64,000 nt of DNA. Source: Antedon mediterranea. Its lineage: Eukaryota > Animalia > Echinodermata. The translations under genes and the position numbers were made by a program. Every line of letters begins with the position of its first letter. Position 1 is the stretch's first letter. Below the pieces are notes generated by a model that did not search any database, was not told where the DNA came from, and saw only the letters and a program-made list of their open reading frames with translations. The DNA lies in assembly GCF_964355755.1 (NCBI RefSeq), contig NC_092672.1:13888001-13952000 (forward strand). The letters are read 5' to 3'. Below, in pieces: positions 48,780 through 60,565 of the stretch.

Positions 48780-50070
48780 GTGGAACTTAGGACATGTTAT
48801 CCCGACTCGTTTTAATCAACATGGTTTCCTACCAAAAGCACTTATGTGCTGCTTAGCTTGCAACTTTGTTTCACAATTGGAGTTGAACACGTGTGTAGAT
48901 GCAGTTTTCCTTGAATGGTCGATAGCGTTTGATCGACTTTCTTATTTCAAATTGTTTGTTAAGCTCGCAAACTTTAGATCCAGAAGTTGTTTAATTTCTT
49001 GCTGGGCGCTCCAAGAGAGTATTCTTTCTGGGATATCTCTCCAGCTGGACTGGCATCACGTCTAATGTACCGCAGGGATCCGTGGTGTTTTGTTTAATTG
49101 TATTCAATCTACCTGTCTTGGTTGAATCGAATATGCCACAGTATGCGGATTTAGAGGCATCCCGACAAGATGATTTAGATGTTGTTAAATGGGGAATATG
49201 CATAAATATACAGTGTCAACACTGTTTTTTCCAATGTTAAAGACTAAACGAATTTACTCACGGTACTGTTAAGTTTACAAACCAAGACATCCGGATTAAA
49301 TCGTATAATCTATGTCCAGTTCCATTATTGTATTTTGTATCCCAACATTGATAAACTGGAGGAGGTCCATAGAAGTTTTACACGGTTTTGTTTTCTGTAT
49401 ACTAGGTACGATAGCCCTGATCATCGTATCACAGTAATATTGTTGTTTTATATAATCGTTTAACTTTTCTTTATAACATGTTTGTTTGTTGTAAAATGCC
49501 ACTATAATAATATGTTAACCATTGTTCCATCATAAATACTTCCAGAACCTAGTCATAGAATCTCCAATCACTTGAAATGCATACATCAAAAATCTAGAAA
49601 TAATGTTTTCTTCTTTAATAGCACGTTTATTAGATTCCCCCAGATTTGGAACTTAATCACGTCAGATTTCCAGCAGGACACATGCATTCCTAATGTTAGA
49701 AGGTTTTCTGTTAAACCTAAACAAGTAATCTACGAAAAATGTATAATGGGATGGCAATGTTGCTCATATATCTATGTTATGTATTAATTTAAGTAATAAA
49801 TGTATGGTTTCACTAATTTATTTTACTTATTTTAAATTACGTAATTAGGTGTCACTGGTCACTGTGACGTCCCATCGAACATTACGTAATTAGGTGTCAC
49901 TGGTCACTGGGACGTCCCATCGAACATTACGTAATTAGGTGTCACTGGTCACTGGAACGTCCCATCGAACATTATTGAGTTCACTGTTGGAGTTCCCCAG
50001 CTCTAGCATGTATGTTGTTTTGTTTGTATTGTTCTTGTAGAATCCGGAATAAATTGATTAGATTGAATTG
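48780..50070 (+). mobile_element. Highly decayed CR1-like LINE 3' portion
   Basis: QHGF, VDAVFLEWSIAFD and SNVPQGSV remnants, then AATAAA and an attga-type tail at about 50048-50070. Confidence 0.6.
49836..49973. repeat. 45-bp tandem repeat, 3 copies
   Basis: attacgtaattaggtgtcactggtcactg(t/g)(g/a)acgtcccatcgaac. Confidence 0.95.
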
Positions 50071-50409
50071 AAAAAGAACACTGATTCTTCTGTCCGAAGA
50101 CATATATTTTCTTTGAAATTACTACAAAAATATCTATATTGGTTTCACTGATTTTGTATATCAATATGCGATAATTAGCATTTCAAGCAAGTTTCATAAT
50201 TATGTTGGTAGTCTCATGTCAACGACCATATACAGTATTGGTTTTCGATTACTTTAAGAAACATTTATTAATTTTGTTGGAAAATATATGTTTATGTCCA
50301 TGTATATAATATTTCAACATATGGAAGACAATTGTATGAGTAACGTCCATGTTGTTTTTATTCTACTGTAATTTAACTATAATTGTTATATCCGTAGCAT
50401 TTTGTCTAG

Positions 50410-51860
50410 AATGGTCTTATTGTGAAGGATAAGCTACGCACACACCCCCAGTCTGAAGCGCAGCCTTTTGTCGGGCTGACAATGCACGAAATGTTGGAAG
50501 AGAGGGTAAAGAAAAATCCGGACAGAGAAATGCTTGTTTTTGTTGGCGATAATGAACAGGTTACGTTTACTGAGTACAAAAAAGTGGTGAGAAATGTATA
50601 CATTATTGCCATGCAATTACCATTTCGTTTGAAAAATCCTTTGAGCACATCGAATGTAGTACGTTGCAGGGTAGTACTCTTAAAAGAAGTACACTTGCTT
50701 ACCTTCAAACTGTCTTTAACAGGTTACTAGCCTTTATTTTTAGTGAGTGTAACGTCATATTTTTTCATGTCAGGTCGCTAATCGTCATTGTTTTCCTAAA
50801 CAGATAAAAGTTGAAACTATATGAATTCTACAATTCTTTTCAAAGTTTAGATGATAGACTTGGCAGCTGGGTTTCTATTAAAACTTGATCTTCATCGTGG
50901 AACGCTACGTACACCAAGCCTACATCATATTTATTTTAATGAAATGAAATTCTACATGTTTAAACTGATATTAAGTTGGTATCTCGACTGTTATGTTTTA
51001 ATTTATTTTCTAAAACGTTAAATATATGTAACCTTTACATTACACATTTTTAGCTAATCTGCTAATTGGTCATACTCCTTACATTGCATAATGAAAAGCG
51101 AAAACAGAATGTTAATTTGTAGATATAAATATTTGTTGATGGATTCAAACATGTACTACAAATGGAGAGAGGCATTATATACCAATAGATAAAAGCTTTG
51201 GTCCTCTCTCCTTCATCTTTTTTTTTGTAATGTATTATACCATATGGACAATTGTCTGAAATAAAAGTTGAATTGAATTTCCTGAAAATAATGAAACAGG
51301 CATCTTATTTCATTTAATTTCCAATTATTATTTCTTATATGTATATATATATATAAGTATGCAGTCATTTTATCCCGCTATTTATCTACATTACTATAGC
51401 AATAGTTATGTATATTCAACTATGATTACATGTATGAAATAGAGGGACATAGAACCTACGTGATGTAAATTCATTTTGCGCATGTTAGGAATATTGTTCC
51501 TCGTTCGCGATTATAGTTTTTTGTAGATTCTGGTACAGACAACGGCAAACATGACCTATTAATCTTCATTTGTTTTGTTGTTGGGGGATAATACATCTTT
51601 AACAATAAATACATTACCGTACTGATTTTAGATTGCCTGACTTGAAGAAAGTCATAGCCGCCTGTTCAAATTATAAAAGTTAAGTACAATAACATCAAAA
51701 CCTATAAAATCATAGGAAATGGAAAATAAAAAGTACGTTTGACCCATATAAAAATTCCAGGCTTATGATCTGTAAATGTTATATTTTCAGTGGAATGCTG
51801 AATTTGTTGGATGTGTTGAGGAAGTACCGGAAACGTCATTTCAGTACGACTTCGATACAA
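50410..51860 (+). pseudogene. ACSF2: ACSF2-like acyl-CoA synthetase, decayed copy 1
   Basis: PFVGLTMHEMLEERVKKNPDREMLVF..VTF exon at 50410-50586, a truncated LAAGFLLKL exon near 50850, and an LPDLKKVI remnant near 51632. Confidence 0.55.
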
Positions 51861-52004
51861 AGCATTATTATATTAGTAACTTAAAAATAGCCCTAAGCAA
51901 CGATTATTATTGGGGTTTATCTATAATTATACAATCTAGTGAGATAGTATGTTTTTTTATTATTGTATTCCAATTCCAGCAACAAATGATCAAAAGCGCT
52001 GTGG

Positions 52005-52320
52005 ACTAAGATGTTACACCTTTTCAACAACATTCTTCTCCCCTAAGGGTCCCATCGTGTCATCGGCAGCCAACTACGGCGCCATTACGTCTGTCCACGA
52101 CAGTGTGTGTGTATGAACTAGTACACCGGGGTAACCCCCAACTCGTCTCGAAAGATATACTAGGTTATTTAAAGTGCACATGAGCCAGATGTACACTGGA
52201 CCTACGACTTGAATGTTCTACCACCACCAGAACCATGGAGCGAGTGACCCTTGAACCCTTGCCGATGTTATGGCTATGGATTACGGTTCTACTGTCTTAA
52301 CCAGTCGGTCACACTCACAC
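52005..52320 (-). mobile_element. tRNA-derived SINE
   Basis: Minus-strand head gtgtgaccgactggttaagac...gggttcaag (A and B boxes) followed by a GC-richer body. Confidence 0.55.
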
Positions 52321-53059
52321 TGAATCACAAAAATGCGTTTTTATTAAATAAAAGTTCTAGCAATACCGGATAAGATAATTTGTGAAGATCTTTCTGCATG
52401 TATTACGTAAGATTGTTATCAAACTAAATATATTTTTTATTTATTTCTACTTTTGTCACAAACACATAATGGAAATTTCTGAATATGAGGTACAGCAAAT
52501 TTAAATGTAATTAAACAAATTATGCCCTTAAAATTATATTAACATAAATTCAATCAACTTCATTATGATTTCTTTCTTACTTTACAAAAAAAGTATTTAT
52601 ATAATATTTATTATCTAGGCCTATATATCTATATATTAATGCTACTAAATTTTTCGCGTATTTGACGTATCTCCTTCTAAGCCACTGAACGGTACGTGTT
52701 CACATTTGGCACACTGATGATTATTGAGGGGCCGCACACGATAGGCTATGTCACTTTCTTGAATTTTAAGGATAAACACTGAAAAAAGGCAAAAAAATAA
52801 GAGTAATTTTACATGTTTCGTGAGTTGTTACGTCACGTATCAACTACACAACCTACTATGTTGTGTACCACCATGGCCGGATCTACAAATACCATTAATT
52901 TTGTTTCAAAAATATTTCAGTTTTGTTATATTTACCTAAAGTGTGATTATTTACCAAAGTATGAAGAAAATCCATTTTCTGGCATTTGGCCACTTTTTAA
53001 TTAAATGGGTTGATATTTGTCAACCGCTCTTAAATGTTCCTGGCTTAGTTCCATCATTC

Positions 53060-53445
53060 AGATGAATGTAAAACTAATGATTGGTCTGGAACTGCCTTCC
53101 ATTACCGATGTGCACCTAGAACACCTCCAGAAAGATTTTGAACGCATTGAGTCGGATGCCTCTCATCCTCTCCACAAAGTGATCATAGACCAACTTAATC
53201 CAAGTGGTAGATTGAGGCTCCTCAGTGTGAAAACAAATCGATATCCCAAATCCTTTATTCCCTCCGGTATCATCCAGAACAACAGAAAGTCAAGAAGATA
53301 ATTTTATCTTGTATTTTTTGATGTTTTTATATGAATGGTTTTATGCTATATTTGTTTTTATTGTGTTTTCTTGTTATTATGACGAGCAATGAATTTCCTT
53401 TTTGAGGATCAATAAAAGTTATCTTATCTTATCTTATCTTATCTT
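53060..53445 (+). mobile_element. Rex1/Babar-like LINE 3' end with (ATCTT)n tail
   Basis: IGLELPS...DASHPLH...PSGRLR..KTNRY..SFIP C-terminal motif, then AATAAA and ttatcttatcttatc. Confidence 0.7.
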
Positions 53446-53848
53446 AATTGACATTGTCGTTTACGACAGACGTCCGCGAAAAACTTCCGCCTAGAGGAAA
53501 TACTATTCATTATACTCGCAATGCTAATAAGATACGTAAAATTAACTGTAACAAGACTAGTCCTTTATCGTTTTGTACAGTTATTTTGATTTTATTATTT
53601 AAATTTGTAATGTGTTTATTTTTTTTACTATTGTAATCCTTTTTTGTTATCATAAAGCGCAATTCGGCTTCAGCTTTTTTCCTGCTGCTCAATTTTATGA
53701 ATGCATTTTTAAGTATAATTGAATAAAATATACCAGTGATATAATGATATAGCTCACCTATACATACATTTATTATTTCATTGCACTACCAATATCAGTA
53801 TAATTGTTACGATAACTGTAGTATTATTGGATCCACTATCAGATTTAG

Positions 53849-56660
53849 AATGGCTTTTTTACGAACCAAGAGCTACGTCCACACTCCCAGTTTGAAGCCT
53901 TTTATCGTGCTAACAATGCACGAAATGTTGGAAGAGAGGGTGAAGAAATCTCCAGACAGAGAAATGTTTGTTTTTATCAGTGATAATGAACGAGTTACGT
54001 TTGCTGAATTCAAGAAAAGGGTGAGCAAATGCTTCGAATTTACATTAATAAATTACTAGCCAATATATCTACAACTGCATAACAAATATGTATCTATTTT
54101 TAATAATAAATACATGACGTTTTTGAGAACCATATGTATTTGATTCATGTTTCCCTTCAAACTACTGTCTCCATAATCTAACGGATACTATTTTTGTGCG
54201 TACAATTCTTACAGATAATAGACTTAGCAGCAGGGTTCCTACTGAAACTTGGTCTTCGTCGTGTGATCGTATAGCTGTTATAGGTGCAAACCACGTAGAA
54301 TGGCCACTTATTGCAGGTGCAGCGAGAGCAATAGGCGTCGGTGTGGTAAGTATACCAAAGCAACTATGATGGTGATTTAATGGTAAGTGTATTATTGGCC
54401 TAATTTTAAATATTTAAGCCTTGAAAATACAGTTCACAAAAATTAGGCCTATTTTATTTTTCTTCAGACTAATATGATAATTGGTCATACTCCTCAAACT
54501 TTTAAGGGAATGATGTCACAGGTAAGATAGATATATATATATATATACATATAGTATTCTATTCTATTAAGCTTACAATCTATTATCTATTATGTAATTG
54601 ATGTAGTAGTTAAAAATAATGATTCACTAGCAGTTTTATTGTATACTGATCAGGAGGAGCCTATATCGGAGCCTATATCGGAGCCTATATCGTTATGTTA
54701 TGCAGCATTGCATTGTACGCCATAAAGAAACTATGGAACGCACAAAGTCAATAAGATAAACACTTTATTGTACTTTATTGTGGATACAGTACTTTCAATT
54801 CAAACAATGATGCGGGTTGGAGGATCAAGGATTTTTATAACCATCATAATTTATATATTAGTAAAAAGGTTCATCTGGATCACTGTATAGTATTTTAAGT
54901 AAATTTTCTTTTGGATGATCCAAAGTCGAATAAAATTCGTAAACTTACGTTTTTTACTCTAGCTTTCGCTGGTCAACGACGCAGCTTAATCATGAGTGAG
55001 TCTCTGTGACTTGGACTTGTTACCATTAGATCTCGTATATGGGGAACTCCCAAAATTGTACAACAACTTACTAAAGAGGAGGCCCCGACAATCCCATTTG
55101 GGAAAACCTGAACGATCTATAGATGGCGCTATACCATATACGAGATCTAATGGTAACAAGTCCAAGTCACAGAGACTCACTCATGATTAAGCTGCGTCGT
55201 TGACCAGCGAAAGCTAGAGTAAAAAACGTAAGTTTACGATTTTATTCGACTTTGGATCATCCAACGTTTCTGGTTTCTGATAATTCAAAGCGCAAAGAGT
55301 CGCATAATATATGCAAAATTATTATTATTATTAACTTATCATAAGTCATGAGGCATATATTCGATACATGCATACATATTTTTTCAATGAAAATTATTCA
55401 AAATAGGGAGCTTTTAAATTTAATGTGCACAGACCTGTTGTTTCTCAATAATTAAGTAACAGATATTGAAATTTGTTAAAACAATTTTGTATAATTATGA
55501 ATTCTTTTTAAAAAGAATCACATTTAATTTATTATTTCAGATTAAATGAAGTTTGCAATGTAACTGAAGAACAACTGAAATTGTTTTTTGATGGAAAGGT
55601 ATCAACCTCAATTTATTTAATAAACACATTAAATCAAGGCTCATTCTCATTTAGGTAAATATTCTTTTTCAATAAAATTAGACCTGACATACTATTTCAA
55701 ATTATAATTTATTTATTTGAGCTTATAACAAAACATTTCTGAAACGGTCATTCTTGTTTTTATTTCAGATGTCAGATGTAATCCAGCCGTATTACTTGTC
55801 TCTTTCCCATCAAGTGCTTCGGGAAAGGTATGACGTGCGTATGTGTTTTGTATATAATAGCCTCAAATCGTAAATTCAAATCTAAACGTAAAAATCAAGA
55901 ACCTTAAATTAACGCAATTCGTAAAATATATAATTTTTTAAATATTTTTTTGTATTACGATTTGAGGCTGTGTTCATACGTTGTGTTCAAAGATCATATA
56001 GGTTCATTAGGTAAACAATATAAAAATGGATAACAAAATACATATAACAAATAACATGGCGCAGTCTTATCTTTATAATGTTATGGATTTATGGTCAAAG
56101 GCCAGGAAGAAGCAATTTGAAACGAAATGGTATACGATCAATTAACTAGAAAGCCACTCCGAGAGGGCATACCTCCGCCTACTGTAAAATTCTCCTACAT
56201 AAGATTTCTCCGGTAAAAAAATATATATATATATTTGTGTGTGTCTTAATGCTGTTTGTGATTTAGGCTAATTTCATTACAAGCATGTGTATGCGAGTTT
56301 GGTGTAATGGTTATATAACAAGCCTTTTAATTAACAATAGCTTCAGTTGACTAACAATAGAACAGCAACGCGAAAATCAAACGAGTGAATTTGAAAAGAA
56401 ATAGGTTTTTTAAACTACTCGCATCAAAAAACGTGCACATTAAATCAAATTATGTTTTAAAATTACAAATCACAAATTATAACTCTTGCCTTACTTATTT
56501 GTTATCATGTGACTCAAAATCGTCTAATTAAATCACAGCAATCTATTAGGCGTCATATAAAATCACATAGTTATTTTGTTTACAGGTGGATCGTACGAAG
56601 CTGCAGAAGATGGCTATGGGTCGAATTAAATTACCTGACACTCATTATGCCGATTGAGGC
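53849..56660 (+). pseudogene. ACSF2: ACSF2-like acyl-CoA synthetase, copy 2 (frameshifted, central exons missing)
   Basis: Exons 53849-54020 (SYVH..PDREMFVF..VTF), 54214-54346 (LAAGF..GLR/DRIAV.GANHVEW, frameshifted), 55541-55598 (VTEEQLK.F..GK), 55769-55828 (FP.SASGK) and 56586 onward (VDR.KL). No AMP-binding TSGTTG exon was seen. Confidence 0.65.
54911..55264. repeat. Near-perfect inverted repeat (131/132-bp arms, 91-bp spacer), MITE-like
   Basis: 54911-55042 versus 55134-55264 differ by one indel. Confidence 0.92.
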
Positions 56661-57016
56661 GGTAACTAAGTGATGTGCCCACTACATACAATTAGATTCC
56701 AGGTTCGAATCTCGGTTGGAGCAGTTTTTTTTCATTCTCACTTATTTTTCTCATCTTCACCGTTCATACATTAATTTAGAGGTGATGTGCTAATGTCTGT
56801 AGATTATATTTCATGAAATACAATTTTAGAATTGGTGTTCTTATGGTAAATACTGCATAATCAACATTGATGAATGTAGTAAGTTTTTTTCTCACTTGCC
56901 AATATATTGTTTTCTTCTTTACATGAATCGTTATTCGTTACCACCCTTAACAATTTTTGTTATCATTCGCTTACTTAAATTGCAGTTGTATTCAAATCTG
57001 AGTACAAATATATTAA

Positions 57017-57364
57017 AGATGTATTGTCCCCCAAAAACATGAAAAATGAAGATTAATTAAATCAGACTTTGAATATGTTATTTTGTAGTTTTAATAAAGT
57101 TAATCACTTCCATAGAAAAAAAAACGAAAACTTCAAAGTTTTCACTTTTAAAATGACAAAATAAATGGTTAATTCAACCAAAAATCCATTGGCTGGCAGT
57201 CAATTTGACCATTTTTTGCTTTAAATTACATTTTTTTTTCAGGTAAATACATTTTTTTTAAATCCAATTTTTGGTCAAAGTGGATAACTATTATGTTAAA
57301 TTAAAATGGAATATTCAACAACAAAAAGTTTTAAGCATTATTTTTTCAGAGGGACAATACATCT
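57017..57364. mobile_element. Kolobok-like MITE, same family as 4243-7760
   Basis: TTAA|AGATGTATTGTCCC...GGGACAATACATCT|TTAA. Confidence 0.75.
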
Positions 57365-58211
57365 TTAAGGCACTTTCTTTTTAATAATCCGTTAACAGGA
57401 CTTACACATTTTTCTCCTTACATGGTTTTTTTGTTCATGTTTAATAATAATCCCATATTTTGTTTTTAATTAACCATTTATTTTTACTATTTATATTGAT
57501 TTTCATCTATTATCAATCCGGTTATTATTAGTATTGAACTTTTATTTACAACAAAGTTAGATTTTTAATAATTGTATAGGCCTACAGTTTGTTAATAAAT
57601 ATTGAAAACAATAATGGTAATACCAAAATAATCTCTAACAGTTAATTTATCATATTGATTTTAAATATTATGAAGTAAAAACATATAAATCTGAAACAAA
57701 ATCTTTAGATTCTGAGGAACACAATATTGAGATTTTTTGTCTAAAAACAGCTGACCACCCTTATAGACCACGATTTCTCAGAGTCCGTGGAACAATATTG
57801 GGAATTTGGGAGTCTATCATTCTCAAAAACAGCTAGACCAACTATAGAAAGCAATATTTAGAAAACCCAAAAAGAGGGTTTTAGAAGAATAAATAATAGA
57901 ATACATTGAGAAGTTTTAGAGCTTTCGAAAACCCCAAAACAGCGATCCCTTAAGTTTGAGAAGAATCTTTAATTGTGGGGATCTATATTTTTAAACCAAA
58001 AATCTCGAGTAGACCTCCTATAACATATTGAACAGTTTCAGTGATCGATAATCATTTACAAAGTCCTTCTAACATTGAGTAGTTTTAGTGGAGGTCTGTT
58101 AGGCCTACTGAAAGTTTTAGGGGTTTCTGTTCTTTAAAACCCCAAAATAGAGACCGCTTTAGAATACAATAATGAAAAGGTTTAGTGCGGTTTCTGTTTT
58201 TAACATGATAT

Positions 58212-58231
58212 CAAAGAATGTATATTCTTTG
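58212..58231. mobile_element. P-element-like micro-palindrome (footprint)
   Basis: atgatat|CAAAGAATGTATATTCTTTG|atgatat. Confidence 0.6.
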
Positions 58232-59444
58232 ATGATATGCTAAAATAATATTGTGTAGTAATTATGGTGAAATGTGTTCAACACGTTTGGAATATTATAG
58301 TCTACTAAACAGAAGAAATATTTTTTCTTGAAAAAGTGTTAAAAATACAAATGTTATCATCATTATTAGGTAAAGTACCTATCATATGGTACCAAACATA
58401 ATAAGTTAGTAGGCCTACCAATCTTAGTTTATACCATATTACTGTATTACATATTTTTGACATAAATTATTTGACCTAAAATGTTGGTATTGAAAATAAA
58501 ATACAGACAGTACTCCAATAACTCTCGATTGTCGCCCTCTACCACACTGTACATTTTGTCACGGTTGAATTGATAATATTATTATATTCAGCAAGTTGAT
58601 TGTTTGTTTATGTGTGTACACATCTCCCAAAGTCTGTCATCTAGAAAGGGACTGCTGCTGAAAGTGCTGATTCTTGAAAGAAATACGTTTGTCAGTAATA
58701 CGTATTATGTGAAATGAAAACAAATATTTTGTATAAACAAGGTATGTTAATTTGCTATCTCATTTTAAAACAACGTGTAAACTGTGTGAAGAACATATGG
58801 TAGGTATAAATATTCAATACAATTTACAAGCAAATGTTGTTGTTGTGCAGTGAAGCGTGATTACAAACTTGAAAAAACAAATTCTTCCATTTATTTGGTT
58901 GGAGATGGGATCACCAACTGAATTAGACTAGGCCTAGGCCCTCTAAGTGTAACTGGTTACAGTATCTTACCGACAGCTAGGAGTGATACAATCTCAGACG
59001 TGGGGAATGCAAACAAAGTGAGTAACCATCTAGCCTCCTACTACTAGTCCGCTCCCTTGGAAAAATTTTTTTCTAGACGCATGGAGATAGCATCTGAGGC
59101 GTTTTGTTGACCGGTCGATTCTTGTCATAAAATTATCTGAATATAGTGGGTTTTTTAGACCATATTTAATATATAAAACTGTCTTTTTTTGCGAATAGCC
59201 TAAAGTATTGAATTGACAGGATTCAACGATTTTACAGGACTAGGGGTAAAAATTAACGTTAAAATTGTTGAAATCTGTAATCATTGATTCACTTCAACGT
59301 TACGACCAATCAAATGGTTCACAAATTACGTCATTGCAGTTTGTGAAAAAAACATACGTGCTGACAATTCTTTAGTTTTTACAACGCGGCGATGTTTTTC
59401 ACAATTTAATTTAGTGTTTGTCTTTAATGTAAGCCTAGATTAAT

Positions 59445-59906
59445 GGGTGTGTAGAAAGCGACGACCTCGAATTGGACGACCCCAACGACCCGGGCGACCT
59501 CGAATTGGACGACCTAGAATTGGACGACCCATAAGACGAAACCGACGACCCGCTGCTGAAAAAGGGGCCGTTTTGACCTGGTTTGCCATGTTTATGATAT
59601 TTTGTGTGCTAATCGAGTCGAATGCAGTTTTAATGATGCGTTCCATATCTGTTCGTTTGTTCGTGTCGACACATTCAGTATCAAATGGCAATATTTCTGT
59701 ATTTTTTTAATCAATTGCTTGCTTGCGAGTATTATATAAGGTATGGTTTAAATATCTTTGGCTATGTTCGGCTTCGGGATGTTATACCACACTTAGGCCT
59801 AGGCTAGGCTATAGGGGTCGTCGGTTTTGTGTTATGGGTCGTCCAATTTGAGGTCGCCTGGGTCGTTGGGGTCGTCCAATTCAAGGTCGTCGCTTTCTAC
59901 ACACCC
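59445..59906. mobile_element. Mutator-like (MULE) MITE with 10-bp target duplication
   Basis: ctagattaat|GGGTGTGTAGAAAGCGACGACC...GGTCGTCGCTTTCTACACACCC|ctagattaat, TIRs of about 100 bp. Confidence 0.8.
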
Positions 59907-60565
59907 CTAGATTAATTGATTGATAAAATTGTATGTTGTATGTAGATGTGTCGATGACATTTTAAAAATATATATTTTACAAAAAGGGAGGAGAGGAGGT
60001 GGCCCGGCCTAACAATACCGTCTGAACCCCCTCTAAATTCTCCCCTGGTAACTTGGTTGGGGACAGAGGGGTTTGGAAGTCACCAAAAGGTGGATTGCGC
60101 TCCTCCACTCCTGCAAAAGAATAAAGAGAGAGAAAAGGGTAGACCAAGCGTACAATGCAACTTTTTCAATGCTAAACAACGGTACAACCGCATTTTTATT
60201 TTTTACAGCGTAAAAATCACTGGCATTTTATTAAGCCTTTGTCTTATCTATTTAAAAATAAAATGGCTGTTTATATATACGCAGAGTTGCGAGGAGGGGG
60301 AATGGGTGTTGAGGTAACAAGTAAAAAAACTTTCTTCTAATTTTTCACCCTCACCAAAAAGAGCTATGAGAGTTACATTTCCAGGCATGGTGAATTATTT
60401 TAAAATTTACCCCAGCTTGATTTCAACTGTTTGGAATAATAAAAATCATATTGTGTTTAAATTGGAACACCCCACCCTCAATTTAAAACATTTTCCAGCA
60501 GCTCTGCCATGTCAATATTAATACTGCACTCTTTTTCTGTATAGGATACACTGTTGAATTCTAGA

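Noticed and set aside
49836-49973. Three-copy repeat as a CRISPR or regulatory array
   Set aside because: It is a head-to-tail 45-bp duplication in a LINE 3' region with no spacers.
54986-55190. Mirror-image 64-aa ORFs on both strands
   Set aside because: They are an artefact of the inverted repeat.
56650-56730. tRNA gene (GGTTCGAATC followed by a T-run)
   Set aside because: Only the B box and T-arm are recognisable and I could not build a cloverleaf; at most a degenerate tRNA or SINE relic. The same applies to about 63415-63490 on the minus strand.
59440-59710. Arg/Pro/Gly-rich ORFs on both strands
   Set aside because: They are translations of the repetitive TIR of the MULE-like MITE.
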